From an uncultured Candidatus Rokubacteria bacterium (GTDB lineage Bacteria; Methylomirabilota; Methylomirabilia; Rokubacteriales; CSP1-6), in contig CAVVEU010000008.1 of the NCBI GenBank assembly GCA_963747235.1, positions 32,001 through 96,000 of the forward strand: a stretch of DNA of 64,000 bases, read 5' to 3'. Below are positions 32,379 to 41,771 of this stretch, piece after piece (within the stretch, counting starts at the first letter, position 1; the number at the start of each line of letters is the position of its first letter). The notes under the pieces were generated by a model, which was given only the letters and a program-made list of their open reading frames with translations, did not search any database and was not told the origin of the DNA. The position numbers and the translations under genes are program-made.

Positions 32379-34310
32379 ATGAGCCTGGACAAGATCTTCG
32401 GTCTCTACACCGTCTCGTTCCTCGCCGTGACGATCCTCATCGGCATCGGCGAGCTGGCCTTCGGCCTGCCCAACCGCTGGATCGGCTGGATCTTCATGGC
32501 CCTGTCCCTCGTCATCTACATCGTGATCGGCGTGGTCACCCGCACCTCCAACCCCGATCAGTACTACGTGGCCGGCCGTGGGGTGCCCGCCTTCTACAAC
32601 GGCATGGCCACCGGCTCCGACTGGATGTCGGCGGCCTCCTTCATCTCGATGGGCGGCGCCCTGTCCGCGCAGGGCTTCGCCGGGCTGGCGTACGTCATGG
32701 GCTGGACCGGCGGCTACCTGCTGCTGGCCGTGTTCCTCGGCCCGTACCTGCGGCAGTTCGGCGCCTACACGATTCCGGACTTCCTGAGCGCCCGCTACGG
32801 GGGTACGCGCGCCCGGGTCATCGGCGTCGTCGCCGCCGTCGCCTGCTCCTTCACCTATCTGATCGCGCAGGTCACCGGCGTCGGCCTGATCGTCTCACGC
32901 TTCATCGGTCTCGACTTCAATGTCGGCGTCTTCGTCGGCCTGCTGGGCGTGCTGTTCTGCTCGGTGCTGGGTGGCATGCGCTCGGTCACCTGGACGCAGG
33001 TGGCGCAGTACATCATCCTGATCCTCTCGTACCTGGTGCCGGTCGTCTACCTCTCGTGGCAGCTCTTCTCGATCCCGATCCCCGAGCTGACCTACGGCCG
33101 TATCCTGCAGCAGAACAACACCAAGGCGATCGAGATCACGCGCGACGCCAAGGAGAAGGAGACGCGCGCGCTCTGGAAGAAGGACGCCGACGAGCTCAAC
33201 GCCAAGATCAAGGTCGGCGGCATCTCCGAGGCCGAGGTCGACAAGCTGAAGGGCCAGGCCGCGCTGGCGGGCCGGCAGGCCACCGCGCCGGCGGCCAGCG
33301 ACGACGCCACGATCAGCCGGTATCTCACGGTGCCGACCGGCGTCGGCATGTGGAACTTCCTGGCCCTCACGTTCTGCCTGATGGTGGGCACCGCGGGCCT
33401 GCCGCACATCCTGACCCGCTACTACACCACGCCCTCGGTGCGCCAGGCGCGCACCTCGGTGGCGTGGTCGCTGTTCTTCATCTTCCTGCTGTACTTCACC
33501 GCGCCGGCCTACGCGGCCTTCGCGCGCTTCACGATCTACGCCAAGCTGGTCGGCACCAAGGTCGCGGAGCTGCCACGCTGGGTTACGCTCTGGCAGCCCG
33601 CCGGCCTCTTCGACGTGGTGGACAAGAACGGAGACGGCATCGTGCAGTGGGCCGACTTCGTGGTCAAGAGCACCGACTTCGTGGTGCTGGCCATGCCCGA
33701 GATCGCGGGCCTGCCGTTCGTGATCACCGGCCTCGTGATGGCGGGCGGCCTCGCGGCCGCGCTCTCCACCGCGGACGGGCTGCTGCTCACGATCGCCAAC
33801 GCCATCTCGCACGATCTCTACTACAACGTCATCGATCCGAGCGCCTCGCTCACCAAGCGGCTCACCATCACCAAGGTGCTCCTGGTGGTGACCGCGCTCA
33901 TCGCGGCCTGGGTGGCCACCTTCCGGCTGTCCCTGATCGTGGAGCTGGTGGCCTGGGCCTTCAGCCTGGCCGGCGCGTCGTTCTTCCCCGCGCTGGTCAT
34001 GGGGATCTGGTGGAAGCGCGCCAACAAGGCGGGCGCGGTGGCCGGCATGATCCTCGGCCTCGGCATCACGACCTACTACATGGTCGGCAGCCGCTTCTAC
34101 GGGGTGTCCTGGTTCGGCACGCAGACGATCGCGTCGGCGATCTTCGGCCTGCCCGCCGGGTTCCTCACCATCTGGATCGTCTCGCTGCTGACCGCGCCGC
34201 CCCCCAAGGCGGTGCAGGACCTCGTGGTCAGCGTCCGCTATCCGAAGTCCGGTCAGGGGACCGCGCGTGTCGGCCCAGGGCATCGGGCTCGGCCAGCACT
34301 GATCGTCTGA
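32379..34310 (+). CDS. actP: Cation/acetate symporter, VC_2705/ActP subfamily (true end may be 34302 if frameshifted)
   Basis: YYVAGR, NGMATGSDWMSAASF, GTAGLPHIL.RYYT, DKNGDG loop, AAALSTADGLL. Confidence 0.88.
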   Translation: MSLDKIFGLYTVSFLAVTILIGIGELAFGLPNRWIGWIFMALSLVIYIVIGVVTRTSNPDQYYVAGRGVPAFYNGMATGSDWMSAASFISMGGALSAQGFAGLAYVMGWTGGYLLLAVFLGPYLRQFGAYTIPDFLSARYGGTRARVIGVVAAVACSFTYLIAQVTGVGLIVSRFIGLDFNVGVFVGLLGVLFCSVLGGMRSVTWTQVAQYIILILSYLVPVVYLSWQLFSIPIPELTYGRILQQNNTKAIEITRDAKEKETRALWKKDADELNAKIKVGGISEAEVDKLKGQAALAGRQATAPAASDDATISRYLTVPTGVGMWNFLALTFCLMVGTAGLPHILTRYYTTPSVRQARTSVAWSLFFIFLLYFTAPAYAAFARFTIYAKLVGTKVAELPRWVTLWQPAGLFDVVDKNGDGIVQWADFVVKSTDFVVLAMPEIAGLPFVITGLVMAGGLAAALSTADGLLLTIANAISHDLYYNVIDPSASLTKRLTITKVLLVVTALIAAWVATFRLSLIVELVAWAFSLAGASFFPALVMGIWWKRANKAGAVAGMILGLGITTYYMVGSRFYGVSWFGTQTIASAIFGLPAGFLTIWIVSLLTAPPPKAVQDLVVSVRYPKSGQGTARVGPGHRARPALIV

Positions 34311-34313
34311 CCC

Positions 34314-34350
34314 GGCGCGGGCAGGGGTGGATTGCGCCCCTGCCCGCGCC
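34314..34350 (+). other. Perfect 14-bp stem hairpin after actP with no U-tract (possible mRNA stabiliser)
   Basis: GGCGCGGGCAGGGG / CCCCTGCCCGCGCC. Confidence 0.7.
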
Positions 34351-34359
34351 ACCACGCTC

Positions 34360-34647
34360 ATGCATACGCTGATCTACCGGCTCCTCGTCCTGGTATGGTT
34401 TCTGTCGTACATGGCCGCCATCTACCTCGCCCTGCACATGATCGTGGCGCGCTTCACCCGGGGGCCCGATAGCCGCCTGCTCTGGTTCTTCTCCGTGATC
34501 ACCGGGCCGCTCACCCGGCCGGCCCGGGCCTGGGTCTCGGCGGGCACGTCCGAGGGGCGGGTGCGGCTGATCACCCTGCTCGCGCTGGTCGCCCTCTGGC
34601 TCGGCGCGCGGCTGCTGCTCGGCACCATGGGCGGCCTGGACTTCTGA
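34360..34647 (+). CDS. Small membrane protein
   Basis: Two TM segments; FFSVITGPLTRP. Confidence 0.65.
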   Translation: MHTLIYRLLVLVWFLSYMAAIYLALHMIVARFTRGPDSRLLWFFSVITGPLTRPARAWVSAGTSEGRVRLITLLALVALWLGARLLLGTMGGLDF

Positions 34648-34664
34648 CCGGGCGCGAGGTCTCC

Positions 34665-35102
34665 ATGCTCCGTCTGGCCGGGACCAACGCGCTCGCGATC
34701 GTGACGTTCGCCCTGATCTATGCCGCGGGGGGCTCGCGCTGGCTCACCCAGGGGGCCTTTCTGGCCGGCCTGGCCGTGTTCTTCATCTCGCTCACCGCGC
34801 TGTGGGTCTACGTCGAGCGCACGCGGCCCGGCGCCCGCGACGTCCTGAGCCGCATCGGCCGCGGGGTGCTCGCGCTGGTCGTCGTCGTGATCGGGCTCCC
34901 CGCGGTCGTGCTGGCGCCGCTCTTCGCCCTGCAGGAGGTCCTGCCCCCGGACGCCGGGTTCGCCGACGTCGTGCGCCCGGTCATGGTCCTCCTGCTGCTC
35001 GCGCTGGTCCTCGTGATCGCGATGAACGTGGCGGGCGCCGTGGTCCTGGCCGTGTCGGGGCTGCGCTCGCGGCTGTCCCGCGGCCGCGGCGCCGCGCCCT
35101 AG
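34665..35102 (+). CDS. Four-TM hypothetical membrane protein
   Basis: GAGG RBS, hydrophobic profile. Confidence 0.65.
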   Translation: MLRLAGTNALAIVTFALIYAAGGSRWLTQGAFLAGLAVFFISLTALWVYVERTRPGARDVLSRIGRGVLALVVVVIGLPAVVLAPLFALQEVLPPDAGFADVVRPVMVLLLLALVLVIAMNVAGAVVLAVSGLRSRLSRGRGAAP

Positions 35103-35118
35103 CCGGGCCGGACCCGCC

Positions 35119-36953
35119 GTGGACTCCGATCTCGACGCGCTCCTCTCTCGGTTGCCGGGTTGCGCCCACCTCGACGAGTCCGCGCGGGCCGCGCTCGCGG
35201 CCGGCTCGCGCGCCGAGCAGTGGCCGGCCGGCGCCCGGATCCTGACCGAGGGGGACCCCGCGCCGGACTGGCTCGGGATCATCGAGTCGGGAGCGATCCG
35301 CGTGTCCGGCCCGGGGCTGGAGGGCGAAGCTCCCGCGGACTCCCTGGGGCCTGGTGACGTCCTCGACCCCGGGACGCCCGGCCTGCCTGCCGCCTGCTCG
35401 ATCGTCGCCGTGGAGACGACCCGCGCCCGGCTCGTTCCGCGCTCGCTGGTGGCCCGTCATCGCGGCGCGCTGGCGCTCGAGCCCACGCCCGGCTATCGCG
35501 GCGAGATGAGTCTGTTCCTGCGTCACGTGGGCGATCTGATCAAGGGCCCGCCGGTGACCTGCGCGCCGGGCGTCACGGTGGCCGCGGTGGCCCAGTTGAT
35601 GACCCGACGGCGTATCGGATCGGTGATCGTGCTCGGCGTGGACGGCGCCCCTGCCGGCATCGTCACCGACCGCGACCTCCGGACTCGGGTGGTGGCGCCG
35701 GGGCTGCCGGCCGAGCACGGTGGTCGGCCAGGTCATGTCGAGTCCCGTCATCGGCATCAGCCCCGGCGCGCTCGCCTTCGACGCCCTGCTCGAGATGACG
35801 CGTCGGGGAATCCGCCATCTGGCGGTGATGGCCCGCGAGGGACTCCTCGGCGTCGTCTCCAGTCATGACCTCGTGCTCCTGCAAGGGGCCCAGCCCGTGG
35901 GCCTGGCCCGCGAGATCGAGGCCGCCGCATCGGAGGAGGGCCTCGCCGCCGTGGCCTCGCGCGTTCCCTCGGTGGTGAGGTGGCTGGCGGGTGGCGGTGC
36001 CGGCGCGGCGGAGACCGGCCGCCTCGTCGCCGAGCTGAACGACCGGCTCGTGCGGCGCGCGCTGGACCTGGTCCTGTCGGCCACCGAGGCGGCGGGCGGA
36101 GGCGGGCCTCCGGTGCCGTTCACATGGCTCGCGGCCGGGAGCGAGGGCCGGCGCGAGCAGACGCTCAAGACCGATCAGGACAACGGCCTGGTCTACCGGG
36201 ATCCGCCCGCCGGCCAGGAGGCGGCCGCGGCGGCCTACTTCGAGCGATTGGCCACTCGCATGGGCGAGGCGCTCAGCCGGCTCGGGTTCCCGCCCTGCGC
36301 GGGCGGTTTCATGGCCTCCAATCCGCGGTGGTGTCAGCCGGAGCGGGTCTGGCGGCGGTACTTCGAGTCCTGGATGGAGACGCCCGAGCCGGAGGCGCTC
36401 GTGCGCGCCTCGCTGTTCTGCGACCTGCGACCGGTGGCAGGCGACGAGCGGGTCGGGGCCGCCCTGTGGGAGTGGGTGTGCGAGCGGGCCCCCTCCCGGA
36501 TCCTCTTCCTGCGCCACATGGCCAAGAGCGCCCTCGAGCGCCGCGCCGCTGGGCTTCCTGGGCGGCTTCGTGCTCGAGCGATCGGGCGCGCACCGGAATC
36601 AGCTCGATCTCAAGGCGAGGGGAATCTTCCCGCTCACCCAGGCCATGCGGACCTACGCCCTGTCCCTCGGGCTGCGGGACACGAACACGCTCGATCGCCT
36701 CACGGCGGCGGGCGCGCGCGGGCTGTTCACCGCGTCCGAGGTCGCCGAGGTATCCGACGCCTATGAGGTCATGGCGCGCCTGCGGCTTCGCCGCCAGCTC
36801 GCGTGCCTCGATGCCGGCGCGGCGCCCGACAACTTCATCGACCCGCACACGCTGGGGAAGACCGATCGCCTGCTCCTGAAGGAAGCGTTCAGGACCATCG
36901 CCTGGGTCCAGCGCCATCTCGAGGACCGGTTCCAGACCGCGCTGGTGACCTGA
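35119..36953 (+). CDS. cNMP-binding/CBS/DUF294 putative nucleotidyltransferase; frameshifts near 35715 and 36540
   Basis: cNMP-like N-terminus, CBS GIVTDRDLR, GSEGRREQTLKTDQDNGL, MASNPRW, DLKARG. Confidence 0.9.
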
Positions 36954-37972
36954 TGCGCCTCGAGCGGAAGCTGACCCTGGCCGTGCTGGGCCTCTTCATC
37001 CCGCCCACGGTGGTGGCCGGTCTCGTCCTGCTGCTCCTCTATCGGCGCGGGCTCCTCGAGGACCCCGCCAGCCTGCTGGCCGCCGTGCTCATCGGCCTCG
37101 GCGCCATGGTGGGGTACCTGATCCTGGTCGCCCGCGGCATTGGCCACGCGCTCGTCCGGACCATCGAGGAGCTCCGGCACGGCGCCGAGCTGATCGCCAC
37201 CGTCAATCCCGAGCATCGCCTCGATGTCCGGACCGGAGACGAGCTGGAGGCGCTCGGCGACGAGATCAATCGGCTGGCGGATCGACTCCGCGTGGCCCGC
37301 GCAGGGCTCCGGGACGACGACTTCTCGCTCCTGGAGACAGTGGAGCGTCATGTCGGGCCCGCCGAGCGCGAGCACCGTCTCGACGCGCTCACCTTCGTGG
37401 TCTTCGACACCGAGACGACCGGGCTCCGGCCGGAGGCGGGCGACCGCGTCGTGTCGCTCGCGGGCGTCCGGGTGCGGGGCGGGCGGGTCAGACACCACGA
37501 GAGATTCGACACGCTGGTGGATCCGGGCCGCGAGGTGCCGGAGGAGAGCGTGCGAATTCACGGGATCACCGCCGCGATGCTCGTCGGCGCGCCGCGCCTG
37601 GAGACCGTGCTGCCGGCGTTCCTCGAGTTCGCGGGCCCGGCCGTGCTGGTCGGGCACGAGGCCTCGTTCGACCTGCGGTTCCTGGAGCCGGAGGCGCGTC
37701 GGCTGGGTCTGCCGTCGCTCGCGGAGTCCCGCCCCATCCTGGACACGCGCCTCCTGTCCCGGAGCCTTCACGGCCCCGGCGAGTCACACACGCTGGACGC
37801 CGTCGCGCTGCGCCTGGGGGTGACGATCACCGACCGGCATTCCGCCCTCGGCGATGCCCTGATCACGGCCGAGGTGCTGGTGCGCCTGCTCACGCTGATC
37901 CAGAAACGCGGGATCCTCACCCTCGGGCAGGCGCTGGACGCGGTCCGCCGCGCTCGCCGGGTCACCATCTAA
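36953..37972 (+). CDS. Two-TM + HAMP + DEDDh 3'-5' exonuclease domain protein
   Basis: Two TMs, GDELEALGDEINRLA (HAMP), FDTETTG, GH..SFD, LDT, HSALGDA. Confidence 0.85.
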   Translation: MRLERKLTLAVLGLFIPPTVVAGLVLLLLYRRGLLEDPASLLAAVLIGLGAMVGYLILVARGIGHALVRTIEELRHGAELIATVNPEHRLDVRTGDELEALGDEINRLADRLRVARAGLRDDDFSLLETVERHVGPAEREHRLDALTFVVFDTETTGLRPEAGDRVVSLAGVRVRGGRVRHHERFDTLVDPGREVPEESVRIHGITAAMLVGAPRLETVLPAFLEFAGPAVLVGHEASFDLRFLEPEARRLGLPSLAESRPILDTRLLSRSLHGPGESHTLDAVALRLGVTITDRHSALGDALITAEVLVRLLTLIQKRGILTLGQALDAVRRARRVTI

Positions 37973-38131
37973 CCTGCGACGGCCGCTCAACTTATCCACA
38001 GCCCAGAAGTGACATACCCACTGACGAATTTTCCCAGTGGGTGCCGGGCGTTTTGCCCCAGCGGTTTCCCCTCCATCGCCGTTGTCCAACGAATATCGGG
38101 GGTTTTCGCACGTCTCTTCCATGCAGCGGCC

Positions 38132-38147
38132 AGGCACAGGCCTTGCA
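38132..38147 (+). promoter_or_regulatory. sigma54 promoter (AGGCAC-N5-TTGCA) of the dksA-like gene
   Basis: GG-N10-GC in an AT-richer intergenic region, about 50 nt upstream of the start. Confidence 0.7.
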
Positions 38148-38194
38148 GCTAGCTGCGCCAACCGGGCGAGCCGGGTCGGAGCGATCCGGCGCCC

Positions 38195-38617
38195 ATGGAG
38201 GAGACGATGGACGAGATCAAGAAGCGCCTGGAGCGGGAACTCAGCCACACCATGCAGCGCATCCGGCACATGGGTGGGGTCAATACGATGGAAGAGCTCG
38301 GTGGCGGTCGGGGAGACAACACGCCGCTGGCCGACGAAGTGGACGTGATCCGGCTGAACGAGGATCGCGAGATGAACTTCGCCACGCGGAGCCTGCTGGT
38401 GGAGCGCGCCAACAAGCTGGCGGAGGCGCTCGAGCGGCTGCGGGGTGGAGAGTACGGGGTATGCGAGGAGTGCGGCGAGGCCATCGCGCCCGCCCGGCTC
38501 CGCGTCATGCCGGAGGTCACCACCTGCGTGCGCTGCCAGGACCGGCTCGAGCGGATGCTGCCGCGCCTGGAAGCGGTGGGCGCCGTGGTGGACGTGGACG
38601 AGCCCGAGGAAGACTAG
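38195..38617 (+). CDS. DksA/TraR family C4 zinc-finger protein
   Basis: YGVCEECGEAI..ARL..MP...TCVRCQ; coiled coil with DEVD. Confidence 0.9.
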   Translation: MEETMDEIKKRLERELSHTMQRIRHMGGVNTMEELGGGRGDNTPLADEVDVIRLNEDREMNFATRSLLVERANKLAEALERLRGGEYGVCEECGEAIAPARLRVMPEVTTCVRCQDRLERMLPRLEAVGAVVDVDEPEED

Positions 38618-38627
38618 CCGCTGATCC

Positions 38628-39365
38628 CTAAGACCGGCCGAGCCGGGCCCGCAGCAGGCCCGGCCGGTCGGTGATGATTCCGGTCACACCCCACTCGACG
38701 AGCCGGTCCATCTGGGCCGGCTCGTTGACTGTCCAGACGTAACAGCCCAGCCCCGCTCCCCGGATCTCCCCGAGCAGCGACGCGGTCAGGACGTGCGCGC
38801 CGGGGCAGATCGCGCTGACCGCCGCCGGCCGCAGCAGGGCCGGGTCGACGGGCGCCTGCGCCACCAGCGCCCCGACCGGGATCTCGCGGTTGAGCGTCCG
38901 CACCCGCGCGATGGCCGCGTGATCGAAGGACTGCACCAGGACCCGGTCCACCACGTCGTAGATCTCGACCATCGAGACCACGCGCTCCTCGATGCCGGGA
39001 TAGAGGGCCGCGCCACCCTTGAGCTCGATCCAGAAGCGCGCACGGTCCCGGAAGCGCTCCAGGACCTCCTGGAGCGTCTGCACGCGCTGCCCGCGGAAGC
39101 GCCGGTCGTGCCAGCCGCCCGCGTCCAGGCGCTTGAGCTCCCGGACGCGGTGGTCGCTCACCGGTCCCGCGCCGTCGGTGGTGCGCTCCAGGGTGAAATC
39201 GTGGATGACCACCGGCTGCTCGTCGGCCGAGAGGTGCACGTCCAGCTCGATGCCGTCGGCCCCCTGCTCGAGGGCCAGCTCGAAGGCCGCGATGGTGTTC
39301 TCGGGCGCGTCGGCCGAGGCGCCGCGGTGGCCGATCACGAGGGGGCGCGCGTCCGCTCCGGGCAC
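38628..39365 (-). CDS. Glycerophosphodiester phosphodiesterase
   Basis: GHRGAS..APENT, ELDV, IHD, WTVN, ITDRP. Confidence 0.92.
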   Translation of the reverse strand: MPGADARPLVIGHRGASADAPENTIAAFELALEQGADGIELDVHLSADEQPVVIHDFTLERTTDGAGPVSDHRVRELKRLDAGGWHDRRFRGQRVQTLQEVLERFRDRARFWIELKGGAALYPGIEERVVSMVEIYDVVDRVLVQSFDHAAIARVRTLNREIPVGALVAQAPVDPALLRPAAVSAICPGAHVLTASLLGEIRGAGLGCYVWTVNEPAQMDRLVEWGVTGIITDRPGLLRARLGRS

Positions 39366-39400
39366 TGTCGGTCTCAGGCGGGGCGTGGCACTATCGGGCC

Positions 39401-40045
39401 GTGCGCACGCCCGTCATCGACGTCGTCCGGCCGGTCATCCGGCTCGGAGCGCGCTTCTACTTCCGCATCCGCTTCGAAGGCATCCACCACATTCCCCGCT
39501 CGGGCCCTCTCCTGATCGTGCCGAACCACGTCACGTTTGCCGACCCGGTCCTCGCGACCATTCCGGTGCGCCGGCCCGTCCACTACATGGCCTGGAACGC
39601 CCTGTTCCGCGTGCGCGGCCTCGCGTGGCTCATCCGTCGCCTGCGCGCCTTCCCGGTGGACCTCGACGCCGCCGACGCGGGCGCCACCCGGGCCGCGGTC
39701 CGCCTCCTCCGCGCCGGCGAGGCGGTCATGATCTTCCCCGAGGCCGGCCGGAGCCTCGACGGGCGGGTCCAGCGCTTCCGCCTCGGCGCGTTCCGGCTGG
39801 CCTGCTCGCTCGGCGTGCCCATCATGCCCGTGACCATCATCGGCGCGCACGAGTCCTGGCCGCCCGGTCGCCGCCTGCCACGGCCGGGCCGCCTCACCAT
39901 CGTCTATCACCCGGTGATCGCGCCGCCGGAGGGCGCCGACGCGAAGGGGGCCGCGCGGGACCTCGCCCATCGCGTGCACGCGGTGGTCGCGGCCGCGCTG
40001 CCCGCGCACCAGCGCCCGGACGCGCCGCGCGACCCGCCTGCCTGA
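39401..40045 (+). CDS. Lysophospholipid acyltransferase (PlsC-like)
   Basis: NHVTFAD (HX4D), IFPEAGRS. Confidence 0.88.
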   Translation: MRTPVIDVVRPVIRLGARFYFRIRFEGIHHIPRSGPLLIVPNHVTFADPVLATIPVRRPVHYMAWNALFRVRGLAWLIRRLRAFPVDLDAADAGATRAAVRLLRAGEAVMIFPEAGRSLDGRVQRFRLGAFRLACSLGVPIMPVTIIGAHESWPPGRRLPRPGRLTIVYHPVIAPPEGADAKGAARDLAHRVHAVVAAALPAHQRPDAPRDPPA

Positions 40046-40088
40046 GGCGCGAGCATTATACGGGCGTCCAGTGTATTCTCTCCCTCCA

Positions 40089-40622
40089 ATGGCACGTCGC
40101 GTCGCGTCCGCCATCCTCGTCCTCCACGGCCCGAATCTCAACCTCCTCGGCACCCGCGAGCCGGCGGTGTACGGCCGCGTCACGCTCGCGGAGGTGAACC
40201 GCGCGGTGCAGCGGCACGCGGAGCGCCGGGGCGCGCGGGCGGTCTGCCGGCAGTCCAACCACGAGGGCGAGCTGGTGGACTGGATCCAGGCGGCGGCGCG
40301 CGAAGGCTTCCGCGGCATCGTGTTCAACCCGGGCGCGCTGTCGCACTACTCGATCGCGCTGCGCGACGCGGTGGCCTCGGTGCGCGTGCCGGTGGTGGAG
40401 GTGCACCTCTCGAACATCCATGCTCGCGAGGAGTTCCGGCACCATTCGGTGGTCGCGGCGGCCGCGGTCGGGCAGATCTCGGGCTTCGGGCCATCCAGCT
40501 ACCTGCTCGGGGTGGATGCCCTCCTCGGCGCTCTCGCCCGCGCCCGGCGGCCGGCGGGCAGCCCCGCGGCGCCGGCCGTGAATGCGGGCGCCCTACCTGC
40601 CGTCCTACCCCCGATCGCTTAA
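40089..40622 (+). CDS. aroQ: Type II 3-dehydroquinate dehydratase
   Basis: [39 protein letters not shown]. Confidence 0.95.
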   Translation: MARRVASAILVLHGPNLNLLGTREPAVYGRVTLAEVNRAVQRHAERRGARAVCRQSNHEGELVDWIQAAAREGFRGIVFNPGALSHYSIALRDAVASVRVPVVEVHLSNIHAREEFRHHSVVAAAAVGQISGFGPSSYLLGVDALLGALARARRPAGSPAAPAVNAGALPAVLPPIA

Positions 40623-40652
40623 GGGGCACGAGGGCCACGGCCGGGTCCGGCC

Positions 40653-41765
40653 GTGACGTCACCCGACACCCCATCCAGCGAAGCCGGTCCCGCCGGGCTC
40701 CCGGAGTCCCCCGGAATCGACGAGCGGGCGCTCATCCAGCGGTGCATCGCGGGCGACGCCGCGGCGTTCGAGCCGCTGGTCGAGAAGTACCGTCAGCGGG
40801 TGTGGCGTCTGGCCTACCAGGTGTTGCACGACCGCGAGGAGGCGTGGGACGTGGCTCAGGAAGCGTTCGTGCGGGCGTTTCATTCGCTGTCGTCGTTCCG
40901 TGGGCAATCGGCGTTCTACACCTGGCTCTTCCGCATCACCGTCAACGTGGCCACCGACCGGCACCGGCAGCGCGGCGCGCAGGCGCGCGCCTTCGGCCCG
41001 GAGCGGGTGACCGAGGAGGAATGGGCCCGCAGCATGCCCGATCCGGGACGCGGGCCGGACCAGGAAGCGACGCGGGCCGAGCAGCGCGAGCGCATCCGTC
41101 GGGCGCTCGATGCCTTGCCGCCCAAGGCCCGAACGATTATCATGCTCAGTGACGTCGAAGGCCTCTCGTACCGCGAGATCGCCGAGGTGCTCAACTGCCC
41201 GATCGGAACCGTGATGTCCAGGCTGCATAACGCGCGCAAGCGGCTCAAGGGGCTCCTGGGACCGATGCTCGCCCTGCTCGTCTGGCTCGGGCTGACGCTC
41301 AGCCTGGCCGTCCCGGCCCAGGCCCAGCAGATCATTCGCTTCGGCGTGCGCATCATGGAGGCCTCCAGCCCTCCCCGCGCGGGTGAGGCGCCCGGCGCGC
41401 TCAGGAGCCCCGCGGCGCCCACGCCCGAGGCGGAGACCGACGAGCGCATGAAGCGCATCCTCCCGCGGCTGCGGACCCTCTTCCGCTACACCGACTACAC
41501 CACGCTCGACCGCCAGCGTGTCGAGGGCCCGCTCGGCACCCGGCAGCGGTTCGCGGTGCCCGGCGAGCGGTGGCTCGAGGTCACGCCCGACCAGCTCCAG
41601 GGCGACCACGTGCGCATGCGGGTGCGGCTCCTGCGCGGCGTGCATCCCGAGGTGAACGCGGCGATCCAGGCCGCGCCGGGCGCCCCCGCGGTGCTCGGGG
41701 GCCCGCCCTACGGCAACGGCGTGCTGATCATCATCCTCTGGGCCAATCCCCACCCCGCCCCCTAG
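40653..41765 (+). CDS. ECF sigma factor with C-terminal TM/signal-like helix and extracytoplasmic domain
   Basis: sigma2 DVAQEAF...FYTWLFRI; sigma4 GLSYREIA...GTVMSRLHNAR; then MLALLVWLGLTLSLAVPAQA and about 145 aa. Confidence 0.88.
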   Translation: MTSPDTPSSEAGPAGLPESPGIDERALIQRCIAGDAAAFEPLVEKYRQRVWRLAYQVLHDREEAWDVAQEAFVRAFHSLSSFRGQSAFYTWLFRITVNVATDRHRQRGAQARAFGPERVTEEEWARSMPDPGRGPDQEATRAEQRERIRRALDALPPKARTIIMLSDVEGLSYREIAEVLNCPIGTVMSRLHNARKRLKGLLGPMLALLVWLGLTLSLAVPAQAQQIIRFGVRIMEASSPPRAGEAPGALRSPAAPTPEAETDERMKRILPRLRTLFRYTDYTTLDRQRVEGPLGTRQRFAVPGERWLEVTPDQLQGDHVRMRVRLLRGVHPEVNAAIQAAPGAPAVLGGPPYGNGVLIIILWANPHPAP

Positions 41766-41771
41766 TCCCGC

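Noticed and set aside
36953-37972. Annotation as DNA polymerase III epsilon (dnaQ)
   Set aside because: TM-HAMP N-terminus and acetate-operon context argue against a replicative proofreader
37973-38194. Possible replication origin
   Set aside because: Only one perfect DnaA box, no box cluster or unwinding element, and no dnaA/dnaN nearby
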